A DNA stretch of 64,000 bases, taken from positions 33,463 to 97,462 of IMG/VR virus record IMGVR_UViG_3300045902_000324; one strand, given 5' to 3'. Positions 56,050 to 64,000 of the stretch are shown in pieces (position 1 is the stretch's first letter; each line of letters begins with the position of its first letter). A program made the translations under genes and the position numbers. This stretch comes from a virus. Below the pieces are notes generated by a model. The model searched no databases. It saw only the letters and a program-made list of their open reading frames with translations, and was not told the DNA's origin.

Positions 56050-56765
56050 AACTCGCCATCATGCAACCCTGCTACCTGCCGTGGCTGGGGTACTTTGACA
56101 AGATGAATCAAGCCGATATCGTAATCCATTACGACATATCTGCGTGGAGCAAGGGATCTATCTACAACCGAAACCGGATCAGAACTCGCACTGATCAAGG
56201 CTGGTCTTGGCTGACAGTGCCGACCCGTGCCAAGCTAGACACCATTCTCCACGCTGTGGAAATAGACCCCACCAAAACAAACTGGGCGATCAAGCACATC
56301 CGCCACATCGAGATGGAATATGCCAGGGCACCACATAAGACACTCCTCCAGCCCATCGCGTCAGCCCTACTATCTCGACAGTGGACATCTCTTTGCGATA
56401 TGAACATCGCCGCCATTGAAGCGATAGCAGGGCTGCTCATAGACAATCAGGCACCGATGCTCCGAGCCTCTGAGCTTGACATTCATTGGTCAAACGATCG
56501 CACCGAAAAACTGGTGCAAGTCTGCCAGCACATGGGCGCAGACACCTACGTTACTAGCGTGGGAGCTAGTGCTTTATATAATCTAGACGCATTCTCAACG
56601 GCAGGCATCAAGCTTGAGACACGTCAGCTTGGGCTGACTCATGCTCATCCGACATATCCACAGGTGCAGGGTGACTTCATGGAAAACATGTCGGCGCTGG
56701 ACATGCTGCTTCAGGTCGGTGCGGATAAGTCCTGCGAGTTGCTGGCGTCCATACCAGAAATTTGA
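56046..56765 (+). CDS. WbqC-like protein (second copy)
   Basis: AIMQPCYLPWLGYF..NRNRI..WLTVP..YPQ..MSALDML. Confidence 0.9.
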   Translation: MKLAIMQPCYLPWLGYFDKMNQADIVIHYDISAWSKGSIYNRNRIRTRTDQGWSWLTVPTRAKLDTILHAVEIDPTKTNWAIKHIRHIEMEYARAPHKTLLQPIASALLSRQWTSLCDMNIAAIEAIAGLLIDNQAPMLRASELDIHWSNDRTEKLVQVCQHMGADTYVTSVGASALYNLDAFSTAGIKLETRQLGLTHAHPTYPQVQGDFMENMSALDMLLQVGADKSCELLASIPEI

Positions 56766-57109
56766 ACCCGCTTGTCTGGGCACGCTTCTTCTCCCTTCCA
56801 GCCGTAGGGGTGGATGCCGCACACTAGGCGATCGCCACCATGTGGGTTGTTCGACCCTACATAGTCCTTGCAGCCAGCGCACGCCCACATTGGAGCTTGT
56901 TCAGGGCGTACTCGAACAACGACATGCCCAAGAATCTGAGGGAACCCACTATCATACGGACGCACAGGTAAACCAAGGGCATCCCAGAGCTGTTCAACAA
57001 AGCATTCGTCACAAGCTGTCTCGCATCCCTGGGAGCAGAAAGCCAAACAGTTATTCCTAACTTTGACAGACCGCGCAGCGATCGCTCTTAGTCGTTCCGA
57101 AATATCCAT
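56711..57109 (-). CDS. Cys-rich hypothetical protein
   Basis: CAGCKDY..LVCGIHPYGW..CPD; TAATG coupling with upstream gene. Confidence 0.6.
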   Translation of the reverse strand: MDISERLRAIAARSVKVRNNCLAFCSQGCETACDECFVEQLWDALGLPVRPYDSGFPQILGHVVVRVRPEQAPMWACAGCKDYVGSNNPHGGDRLVCGIHPYGWKGEEACPDKRVQISGMDASNSQDLSAPT

Positions 57110-58137
57110 TAAAACAACGTCTCCTGAATCGGCGGTCTATCCGCCATTTCTTTGCCAACCCAGTAGCCAGTCCAGATCTGGTGATACAGGTTTTGAGTGC
57201 TGTCCACAGCGCGATTTTCGATGCGGGATGCCTCCTCAATAAAGTGGATGACACTCCGCCCTTTAGCCCGGCCACGCGAGGTGTGCTGGTCTAGCGCATA
57301 GTCCGGGACTTCTAGTCTCGGCAATTCATCCGACGCCCGGAAAAAGCGATGCGCCCACTCCACAACATGCGTAGTTTGCTTGGATCGGCAGACCATCATC
57401 ACCGCCTGCGCCAGCGGCAGAAAGCAGTCCCCCTTTGTCTTGTCCTTGGCAACGAGCTGGGCGTTCGTCTCCTGGAGCGATCGCATCACGCTGTGGACAG
57501 TCGGATAATTCCCTAGATACGCAGACGCAAACAGGCGCAGTTCAAAGAACAGTAGCGACCACTCGCCCGCAACAGACCGTTTCCGAGCATCTGCTAACGC
57601 CTGCCACTCACATGTCGCCAGGTAATGCTGGAACGGCGTTAGTGGCATGTGCCCTTCCGCCATACCAACAAGCGGAGACGGAGGAGCCAGCGCTGATTCC
57701 GTTTCCCACGGATCGATAGACAGGGACAGCACATCGGCATCGCGAACCATAGAATCGATCTCAGTCGCGTTCTTCAAGGGAACTTCAGCAAACGTACAGC
57801 ACGCATCGCATACCTCACGGGACTTTTTGCTGCGACACAGCATCGACACTAAGTTCGTGTATGGATACATCAAAAATGTCAAGTCTTTGTTGCACTCCAC
57901 ACATAAAGTGTACAGCGCTTGAACTTCGTTTTGCACCCAAATGCTGGACAGTCCAATGTCCTCAACGGCGATAATTCGCATTCGCTTAAGCGCATACTCG
58001 CTGTAACCGGAAATTGCCATCTCGCGTGCCCAGTACAAAGCGTTGTACTCATTGCCGCGCCTGATTTCTTTTTGCAATGCAGATACAACCTCAGTGAGGA
58101 GATATCCGTTAGTCGTGCTAATGGGTCGATAGGGCAT
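57109..58137 (-). CDS. MgsA/RarA C-terminal-like helical protein lacking the AAA+ domain
   Basis: SALQKEIRRG..ALYWA..RIIAVEDIG; PDYALDQHT; ends QETLF. Confidence 0.7.
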   Translation of the reverse strand: MPYRPISTTNGYLLTEVVSALQKEIRRGNEYNALYWAREMAISGYSEYALKRMRIIAVEDIGLSSIWVQNEVQALYTLCVECNKDLTFLMYPYTNLVSMLCRSKKSREVCDACCTFAEVPLKNATEIDSMVRDADVLSLSIDPWETESALAPPSPLVGMAEGHMPLTPFQHYLATCEWQALADARKRSVAGEWSLLFFELRLFASAYLGNYPTVHSVMRSLQETNAQLVAKDKTKGDCFLPLAQAVMMVCRSKQTTHVVEWAHRFFRASDELPRLEVPDYALDQHTSRGRAKGRSVIHFIEEASRIENRAVDSTQNLYHQIWTGYWVGKEMADRPPIQETLF

Positions 58138-58233
58138 GTGGAATCAGTGATAAGTGATTCGTATATCGTAACTTTTAAGCATTCTTGCAGTCAAGCGTAT
58201 TAGACTAGGATACGAGAAATTCATTGGAAACCT

Positions 58234-59139
58234 ATGCGCGTATTGATTACAGGCGGCTCCGGCTTCATCGGGTCAAATCTAAATCGGTTCTTTACAGACA
58301 GAGGGCACCAAGTCTATTCGATGGATGTGTTACGGGAGGACGATAACTTCACCACGCTCATTGGGGACGTTCGGAATTACTGCCGTGTCACAGAACTGGT
58401 GGCAGACGCGGATCTCGTACTGCACTGCGCGTCCCCCGTAGGGGTGGTGAACGTCACCTACAACCCGATGCGAACTGCGGATGTCATCGTCACGGGTACA
58501 GTGAACGTGACCAAGGCGTGCGTGATTCACGGGGTACGCCTGATCAACTTTTCCACATCCGAGGTCTACGGCGATCTTGGGCGGGCTGCTTGCGAAACGG
58601 ACAACTGTATTCTCCGCACCGACTCCCCTCGCTGGGTTTACGCCAGCGCCAAACTAACGGCTGAACACGTCGCTCAGTCTTGGGATCGTTCGACCACAGT
58701 TCGCCTGTTTAACGCAGCGGGGCCTGGTCAGGCGCAGGACATGGTTATCCCGCGCTTTATAACGGCGGCAAGGGCAGGCGATCCTCTACAGCTTTACGGC
58801 GGAGGCGGGCAAACTCGATGCTTTACCCACATACAGGACGTGTGCGAGGCGATCTATCGTCTCGCTGATACCGACGCCTCGTGTGGTCATGTGGTCAACG
58901 TGGGCAACCCTATGAACTCTACGACAATGATGAAGCTGGCAAAGCTCATTATTCAAAAGACGGGTGCCAGCTTGGATCAGCTTTACTACGCGCTCGGTAG
59001 AGAAGAGGGTGATATAGCGTTTCGAGAACCGAATATCGGAAAACTAAGGCGGCTGACCGGATGGCAGCCGCCTACGTCATTAGACCAGATTCTCACTGAC
59101 GCTGTGGACAGTGCGCGATCGCTCAGTCGGGCAAGCTAG
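58234..59139 (+). CDS. NAD-dependent sugar epimerase/dehydratase
   Basis: GGSGFIG, STSEVYG, YASAK, RLFNAAGP. Confidence 0.92.
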   Translation: MRVLITGGSGFIGSNLNRFFTDRGHQVYSMDVLREDDNFTTLIGDVRNYCRVTELVADADLVLHCASPVGVVNVTYNPMRTADVIVTGTVNVTKACVIHGVRLINFSTSEVYGDLGRAACETDNCILRTDSPRWVYASAKLTAEHVAQSWDRSTTVRLFNAAGPGQAQDMVIPRFITAARAGDPLQLYGGGGQTRCFTHIQDVCEAIYRLADTDASCGHVVNVGNPMNSTTMMKLAKLIIQKTGASLDQLYYALGREEGDIAFREPNIGKLRRLTGWQPPTSLDQILTDAVDSARSLSRAS

Positions 59140-59287
59140 TGAACGTGCAGCCTGGGGGCGGCGTCTGCGGATAGGGCGGGCACTGCTCTGAGGCTACACC
59201 GGGCTGGACAAGAGCGCTCAATACGGTCAAGAAGAACACAAAACTCCTCGTCAGGGCGATTGCGGTAGCCACTAAATTGTTTACCAT
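59123..59287 (-). CDS. Putative secreted 54-aa peptide (not in ORF track)
   Basis: MVNNLVATAIALTRSFVFFLTVLSALVQPGVASEQCPPYPQTPPPGCTFTSLPD; AGAGG upstream. Confidence 0.4.
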   Translation of the reverse strand: MVNNLVATAIALTRSFVFFLTVLSALVQPGVASEQCPPYPQTPPPGCTFTSLPD

Positions 59288-59372
59288 GAACAAACCTCTC
59301 TATGGGGTATCGCCTGGGTTTCTGTCAAAAATCGCCCAGGCGGTTTACTCGGACTACAAAACTAGTCGATAA

Positions 59373-59519
59373 TCAACAGAACAATCGACGGAACACCTCA
59401 CCTGCGATCGCCAACATTTCTACTGCAACCCATCCCCAGCCGCCAATTCTGCGCTCGTGGTCAGCTATTCTTTCGTTCGCAACCTGTAGAGCGATCGCCC
59501 GTATCTCGTCTGGGGTCAT
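59373..59519 (-). CDS. Small hypothetical protein
   Basis: GGAGG RBS; ATGA overlap with the nblA stop. Confidence 0.5.
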   Translation of the reverse strand: MTPDEIRAIALQVANERIADHERRIGGWGWVAVEMLAIAGEVFRRLFC

Positions 59520-59698
59520 GTGCCTCCTCCAAGCTTCTGACGCAACAACGCCTTGCACGTGGCATCCTTAATCATCATCTGTTCGTACAGTTTCACTAAG
59601 AAGTGTTGAGCCTGCTCACGGCTCATGCCCTGGACAGTGGATTCAAACGACCGCAAACTGAATTGTTGCTCTAACGTAAGTTCTATTTTTCCGCTCAT
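59516..59698 (-). CDS. nblA: Phycobilisome degradation protein NblA
   Basis: LTLEQQFSLRSFESTVQGMSREQAQHFLVKLYEQMM signature. Confidence 0.93.
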   Translation of the reverse strand: MSGKIELTLEQQFSLRSFESTVQGMSREQAQHFLVKLYEQMMIKDATCKALLRQKLGGGT

Positions 59699-59979
59699 CA
59701 AAAATCCTCCGAATCACATCCAACACCGGAGCCAATCAACAATCGAAAGTACCCAGCCGCGATACTTTCATCGAAATCACCAAACTCAGGCGGCACTGCT
59801 CCATACTTAGCGGGCGATCGCATTAGTCCACAGCTCCAGCGATCGCCATCGTCTTCGAGGCACGGACACTGTGGATGCTTACCAAACAATTCGAGGCTTA
59901 CGGAACACTGCTCGGCTAGGCAACAGAGTCCACAACCGTTGCAAGGCAATCCGTGTTCTGGTTTAGAGGGTTTCTGCAA
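59698..59979 (-). CDS. Cys-rich Fe-S/Zn-binding small protein
   Basis: PCNGCGLCC..C..CPCL..CGL..GCD. Confidence 0.65.
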   Translation of the reverse strand: MQKPSKPEHGLPCNGCGLCCLAEQCSVSLELFGKHPQCPCLEDDGDRWSCGLMRSPAKYGAVPPEFGDFDESIAAGYFRLLIGSGVGCDSEDF

Positions 59980-60217
59980 TTTTCTTCAGTGCCATAGTAA
60001 GCACCATGATTGTCTGGTCTTCAAGTTTTCTGAACCAAAGGATCGATTCTCGGCTCAAAGCCGTGTTGAAATTTGTACACAGATCGTCTGGTGCCATTCG
60101 AAGATCGACTGGTGTCTGAATCCAATCGACAAGAACGCCAATCATTAGGACTTTTTGATACGACGTGTCTCCTAGGGCATTAGGTTCTACTGCTGTGGAC
60201 GCGGTTGAAACAGTCAT
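59963..60217 (-). CDS. Hypothetical protein
   Basis: First gene behind promoter 60244-60272. Confidence 0.55.
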   Translation of the reverse strand: MTVSTASTAVEPNALGDTSYQKVLMIGVLVDWIQTPVDLRMAPDDLCTNFNTALSRESILWFRKLEDQTIMVLTMALKKIAETL

Positions 60218-60285
60218 GGGTAATTAAGTGATTCGTTTCGTATATCGTAACTTTGATGCTCTATTAGGTCAAGTATCCCAGCAAT

Positions 60286-60321
60286 AAAAAAGGACTGACC
60301 AGAAAACCCCCCGTCAGTCCC
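60286..60321 (-). terminator. Rho-independent terminator
   Basis: GGACTGAC..GTCAGTCC stem followed by T6 on the minus strand, downstream of the dehydrogenase. Confidence 0.55.
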
Positions 60322-60371
60322 TTCACTTTTCACCTGAGTTCATCGTTACACGCTGGTTTAGCTATGTCAAC

Positions 60372-61622
60372 CTACAAACTCCAATATTGCAATCGATCTG
60401 GTGCAATATCTTGGAAGTGCCCTTCCACATCTGCGAATAGCGTGCCATCTGGTACATGCTCCAGGATGGTCGGAAGCTGCGACCGGAAAACAGAGTGGGC
60501 ACACAGGACGACTACTGCGGTCAGTCCGTGCGCGATGTTTAGTATGGAAGCTAGGTCTAATGGATAGAAACCGTTTTCCTGCAATGCATCTGGGCACACC
60601 ACTGGGTCATACAAATAACATTTCTCAATCGACGATGCGATCGCCAGCGCCATGCTGTTGCGCGTATCCCGCACGTTCGGCTTGAACGCGGCACCTAAAC
60701 ACAAAACATTGCCTCCGACGGCTGATACTTCGTCCCTCACCCTCTCGACAATGTAGTCAGCCATCCCATCGTTGCGGCTGCGTGCAGCTTCTACAACGAG
60801 TGGCTGGTCGGGCATGACCTTACGCGCCCAGTCCACAAAGAAAAGCGGGTCTACCGCGATGCAATGCCCCCCAACTAGCCCAGGGTAGAACGAGGCAAAA
60901 TTCCATTTTGTACCGCAAGCATCAAGAACATTCTGCATGTCCACGTCACTGCCGCAAGCGATAGAAAACTCGTTCATTAAAGCAATATTTACGTCTCTCT
61001 GAGCGTTCTCCAGCAGCTTGCACGCCTCCGCCTCCTTAATCGAGCACATGTGGACAGTCGGAGCCACAGATCTGTACAGATCACCAGCCCGTTTCTGGGC
61101 AGACGGGGTGTTCGCGCCGACAACCTTCGTCACCGTGGCAAGTGTGTGCATCATATCGCCTGGATTTACTCGCTCAGGCGAGTATGCCACATCGAAATCA
61201 TTGTGCCTAGCCGTAGAAATTACAGCGAAAACGCAAACGTCCTCTGTCACTCCGGGGTATACGGTGCTTTCCCAGATCACTAACCCACCCCGTGGAACGT
61301 GGCGACCCACAAGTGCTGACGCAGCAACCAACATGCTCAGATCAGGGTTCCGGTCATGATCGACTGGCGTTGGCACACAAACGATGAACACATTGCATCC
61401 ACCCAGGTCTGCTTCATCTGAAGTGATCACCATATCAATCTGTTGCGCTGATTGGAGAGCAGCCCCAGACACCTCCCCGTTTTTGTCATATCCAGACTTC
61501 AGCGCCAATACCCTATCGACGTTGGTATCATACCCAACAACAGTATTGCCCCCATCAAACAGGGCGATCGCCAGAGGCAACCCCACGTAACCCAACCCGA
61601 TAACTGCGATTTTTTCAGCCAT
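60372..61622 (-). CDS. UDP-N-acetylhexosamine 6-dehydrogenase (WbpO/TviB/WecC family)
   Basis: GLGYVG, CVPTP, ESTVYPG, SPERVNPG, KLLENAQRDVNIA, GGHCIAVDP, FKPN..DTRNS. Confidence 0.93.
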   Translation of the reverse strand: MAEKIAVIGLGYVGLPLAIALFDGGNTVVGYDTNVDRVLALKSGYDKNGEVSGAALQSAQQIDMVITSDEADLGGCNVFIVCVPTPVDHDRNPDLSMLVAASALVGRHVPRGGLVIWESTVYPGVTEDVCVFAVISTARHNDFDVAYSPERVNPGDMMHTLATVTKVVGANTPSAQKRAGDLYRSVAPTVHMCSIKEAEACKLLENAQRDVNIALMNEFSIACGSDVDMQNVLDACGTKWNFASFYPGLVGGHCIAVDPLFFVDWARKVMPDQPLVVEAARSRNDGMADYIVERVRDEVSAVGGNVLCLGAAFKPNVRDTRNSMALAIASSIEKCYLYDPVVCPDALQENGFYPLDLASILNIAHGLTAVVVLCAHSVFRSQLPTILEHVPDGTLFADVEGHFQDIAPDRLQYWSL

Positions 61623-61675
61623 GCCTGCTAATATCGAAATGTCCTTTATTCATTTTGTCATCTAAAAGTACAACT

Positions 61676-62320
61676 ATGGAACTATCCGATATCGAATCGT
61701 ATTACTCCAATCTATTCAATGAGCACGGCCCGAGTCATCTCGCCATTTCTTGGAAAGAAGATCGATCTAGTACAACCATGTACCAAGTCATGGCTGAAGA
61801 AGGAGGCAGCGACGCTATACAGGACAAGAAAATCTTGGACTTTGGTTGCGGATATGGTGGCTTTCTTGGGTTTCTGCTGGAACACTTGATTATTCCACGC
61901 CAGTACACCGGGGTCGAAATCGTACCAGAGTTCATCGAATACGCCAGCAACAAATACGCCATCAACAAATATCCGTTTGAGTTCATGCGACAGCATGAAG
62001 TTTCCAATGACAGAACATTCGATCATGTGTTCATTAACGGAGTGTTCCCGCTGCGACGCGGCTCCGATGAGGAGAGCAGGCTTACGTGGCAGAACACAGT
62101 GCGGTGGTGCCTAGAGCGATCGCCCGCAGTGTCGTTCGATTTCTTCTCCGTTGCGTCGGACTTCAGAAACCCAGATCGCTACTACGAACACCCTGGCATA
62201 GTGTGGGACTTCCTCAAGTCAATCGATGCACATGGACTCGTCAACATCAGGAACAACTATTTGATGTCTGACGCTCACAAGTGCCCATTCAGTTTTACTG
62301 TGACGTTCAAATCCTCATAG
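61676..62320 (+). CDS. Class I SAM-dependent methyltransferase
   Basis: ILDFGCGYG, YTGVEI, FDHVFINGVF. Confidence 0.88.
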   Translation: MELSDIESYYSNLFNEHGPSHLAISWKEDRSSTTMYQVMAEEGGSDAIQDKKILDFGCGYGGFLGFLLEHLIIPRQYTGVEIVPEFIEYASNKYAINKYPFEFMRQHEVSNDRTFDHVFINGVFPLRRGSDEESRLTWQNTVRWCLERSPAVSFDFFSVASDFRNPDRYYEHPGIVWDFLKSIDAHGLVNIRNNYLMSDAHKCPFSFTVTFKSS

Positions 62321-63085
62321 CGGAATCGAAATCTGTATCTGGTAGTCGTGCTTCGCTTTAGCCCGCATAGCACCAACCTTCTGCGAGACGATGCGGGGGC
62401 CAAACAGATCCCGCATTAACTCAAATTCAAACTTAAGCTGACTCAGGTTCCGGTAATTGGCGTTACCCTCAGTGCCAGTAGCGGTTTCATTCGCCTCGAT
62501 TGCAAACCTATCATCCATAAAGGCTGTCCGGTGATGGTAGGCGTTGAGACAGCTTATCCAGAAATCCAGGTAGCACTTGATCTTTGGGTTGAACTTCAAC
62601 TTAGACCCGGACAAGATTCCCATGCCACAGAAATACATCCGTCCGGTTAGCCGAAACGGTCGCTGACCCCCATAACTCAGCGGGTTGCTGGTCGATGCAC
62701 CAGCCCCATACAAGAACGCGCCCATGTCGTGGCACATGTCCGCCCAGTGCTGTACCAGAGGTTCTGCGAGTTCTGGATCACATTCGCGTGCAGCCTTTTT
62801 TGTCTCAAAGCACCGAGTTATGCCTGTCACATCATCATCCAGAAAAAACACATCTCCACCGAGCAGATCTAGCACCCATTGTGCTTTTCTGCTTAGTCCG
62901 CCATCTACTCCGGTTTCAACCTCGTCCGGGTGTGCCAGGATCTCCACGCCAGGATTGTAGTGTCGGTATACGTCTGCCTGTGATTCTGCCACGCATAGCA
63001 CAGCATTCTTGAATGTACGCAATGTAGTGACGCGATCGGCACGCCCTCGACTCAAAATAACGGTTGTCTGCTTAGCTGCACCCAT
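62315..63085 (-). CDS. GREB1/TET-associated (TAGT)-like glycosyltransferase
   Basis: ILSRGRA..T..VAESQ..Y, FFLDDD, late D and GN motifs; coupled (TGATG) to a ParB-N gene. Confidence 0.72.
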   Translation of the reverse strand: MGAAKQTTVILSRGRADRVTTLRTFKNAVLCVAESQADVYRHYNPGVEILAHPDEVETGVDGGLSRKAQWVLDLLGGDVFFLDDDVTGITRCFETKKAARECDPELAEPLVQHWADMCHDMGAFLYGAGASTSNPLSYGGQRPFRLTGRMYFCGMGILSGSKLKFNPKIKCYLDFWISCLNAYHHRTAFMDDRFAIEANETATGTEGNANYRNLSQLKFEFELMRDLFGPRIVSQKVGAMRAKAKHDYQIQISIPL

Positions 63086-63717
63086 CAGAAACTAATCTCT
63101 CCGATTTCCTGTTCCGCCATTTCGCTGCGGCTGTTCCACATATCTGTGAAACGGGCAACGGTCAAAACCCTTCCGGTGCCGACCATCTTGTTCGCTTGAA
63201 ACCCACGCTCACGTCTAAGCTGTAGCACCGTGGTCAGAAACGCCCAGTCTGTCTCGTTGTCCGAGATGATCAGCACATAATCGTGCTTCTCTCCGAACCT
63301 GGGCACAATCGGAAAACTCGGCTCATCTGAAACTTCCTTGGATAACTTGTTCTCCAGCGCGACGATTGCTGTGGGCGCAAAGCCGGGCGGAATATCCGAA
63401 CACTTTTTCAGCCCAGCCAACAGCCGATCATCATCCCACACAGCATTTCTGCCGATCTGATTGTCTGATAGCGCCCGCTCCACAGCCGTCGTATCGTCGT
63501 CTTCTACGAACGTTACGTCGATAGTATCCCAGCCCAGCTTGCGTGCAGCCATCACCATGTGGTTGCCAATTAACACCTTCATGCTGCTGCGTTGTACGAC
63601 AGCGGGGCGGTGCTGCCCAAATTTCTGAAGCGACTGCACGATCTCCGCTACTTTACCTTTGTTTGCATTGTCTGGGTCTAGTACCAGGGTATCGAGGGCG
63701 ATCGACTCTACTTCCAC
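63085..63717 (-). CDS. ParB N-terminal domain protein
   Basis: DPDNAN..SLQKFGQHRP..IGNH..ALSDN..WD; acidic HDYVLII..DW C-terminal domain. Confidence 0.85.
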   Translation of the reverse strand: MEVESIALDTLVLDPDNANKGKVAEIVQSLQKFGQHRPAVVQRSSMKVLIGNHMVMAARKLGWDTIDVTFVEDDDTTAVERALSDNQIGRNAVWDDDRLLAGLKKCSDIPPGFAPTAIVALENKLSKEVSDEPSFPIVPRFGEKHDYVLIISDNETDWAFLTTVLQLRRERGFQANKMVGTGRVLTVARFTDMWNSRSEMAEQEIGEISF

Positions 63718-63735
63718 AGCCGTACCTAAATGACT

Positions 63736-64000
63736 TCAGCGAACAGTACCCAGCCCAGTCCGTGTTGTCCACAGCGGCCGCAGCAAATTCCATTCCCACC
63801 AAAGATCTATAGATTTGCTGCACACCCCGTCATCACGCAAGATGCGTATCGACGAGCCATTGTCGAACCGGACAATATCTCTACTGAGGCTCGATATCTT
63901 TAACCTAGAATTTTGTCGAATTGTCCATGTTGCCAAATCGTAGCGTCTGTCTATCCACAGCCCTTGAGTATCGGGCACCCGTAGCACCGAATCGAGCTGT
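63736..64000 (-). CDS. Partial hypothetical protein (runs off the window)
   Basis: Frame is open to the window edge. Confidence 0.4.
   Translation of the reverse strand, partial: QLDSVLRVPDTQGLWIDRRYDLATWTIRQNSRLKISSLSRDIVRFDNGSSIRILRDDGVCSKSIDLWWEWNLLRPLWTTRTGLGTVR

Noticed and set aside
53201-63717. ParABS partition, or an O-antigen locus captured from the host
   Set aside because: The ParB proteins have only the N-terminal domain and there is no ParA; the sugar genes lack export/polymerase genes and are interleaved with phage promoters and nblA.
63736-64000. Terminase large subunit (FDNGSSI motif)
   Set aside because: The ORF stops shortly after the motif, without Walker B or a nuclease domain; too little sequence to call.
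1-64000. tRNA/rRNA genes, integrase/att sites, and the many antisense ORFs in the track
   Set aside because: None recognised by eye (tRNAscan not run); the antisense ORFs are shadows of well-supported genes.

Overview
The whole window looks like part of a large temperate cyanobacterial siphophage that probably persists as a plasmid (phage-plasmid). Host evidence: very frequent HIP1 GCGATCGC sites, nblA, a cyanobacterial-type PilA and a SigF-like sigma factor. 1-16 kb: lambda-like tail module split over two strands. The + strand has the tape measure protein (M23 + transglycosylase domains) and a gpM/Dit fused to a GH8-like domain. The - strand has gpM-L-K-I-J (J with an N-terminal Hint domain), followed in the same tightly coupled operon by an EAL phosphodiesterase, a 33-aa cationic amphipathic peptide missed by the ORF track, a fibre-like gene and a type IV pilin. 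Endolysin and a putative holin follow. 16.0-16.7 kb: a ~725-bp degenerate palindrome fills the gap between modules. 16.7-33 kb: replication/recombination genes (RadC, RuvC apparently split by an IS605-type element, family A polymerase with unusual active-site substitutions, primase-helicase, DUF1998 helicase, repressor). 34-42.6 kb: ParM/ParR/parC-like partition locus heading an operon of membrane proteins, a degenerate FtsK-like protein and two membrane-anchored M23 peptidases. 43-54.7 kb: helicase, exonuclease, second IS605-type element, beta clamp, two sigma-like genes. 53-64 kb: ParB-N-flanked sugar-modification cluster (2x WbqC, PIG-L deacetylase, epimerase, UDP-sugar dehydrogenase, methyltransferase, GREB1/TAGT-like glycosyltransferase) plus nblA. 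Fourteen minus-strand TTGAC-N17/18-TACGAT-type promoters punctuate the non-structural region. All family calls come from motif recognition by eye; no searches were run.
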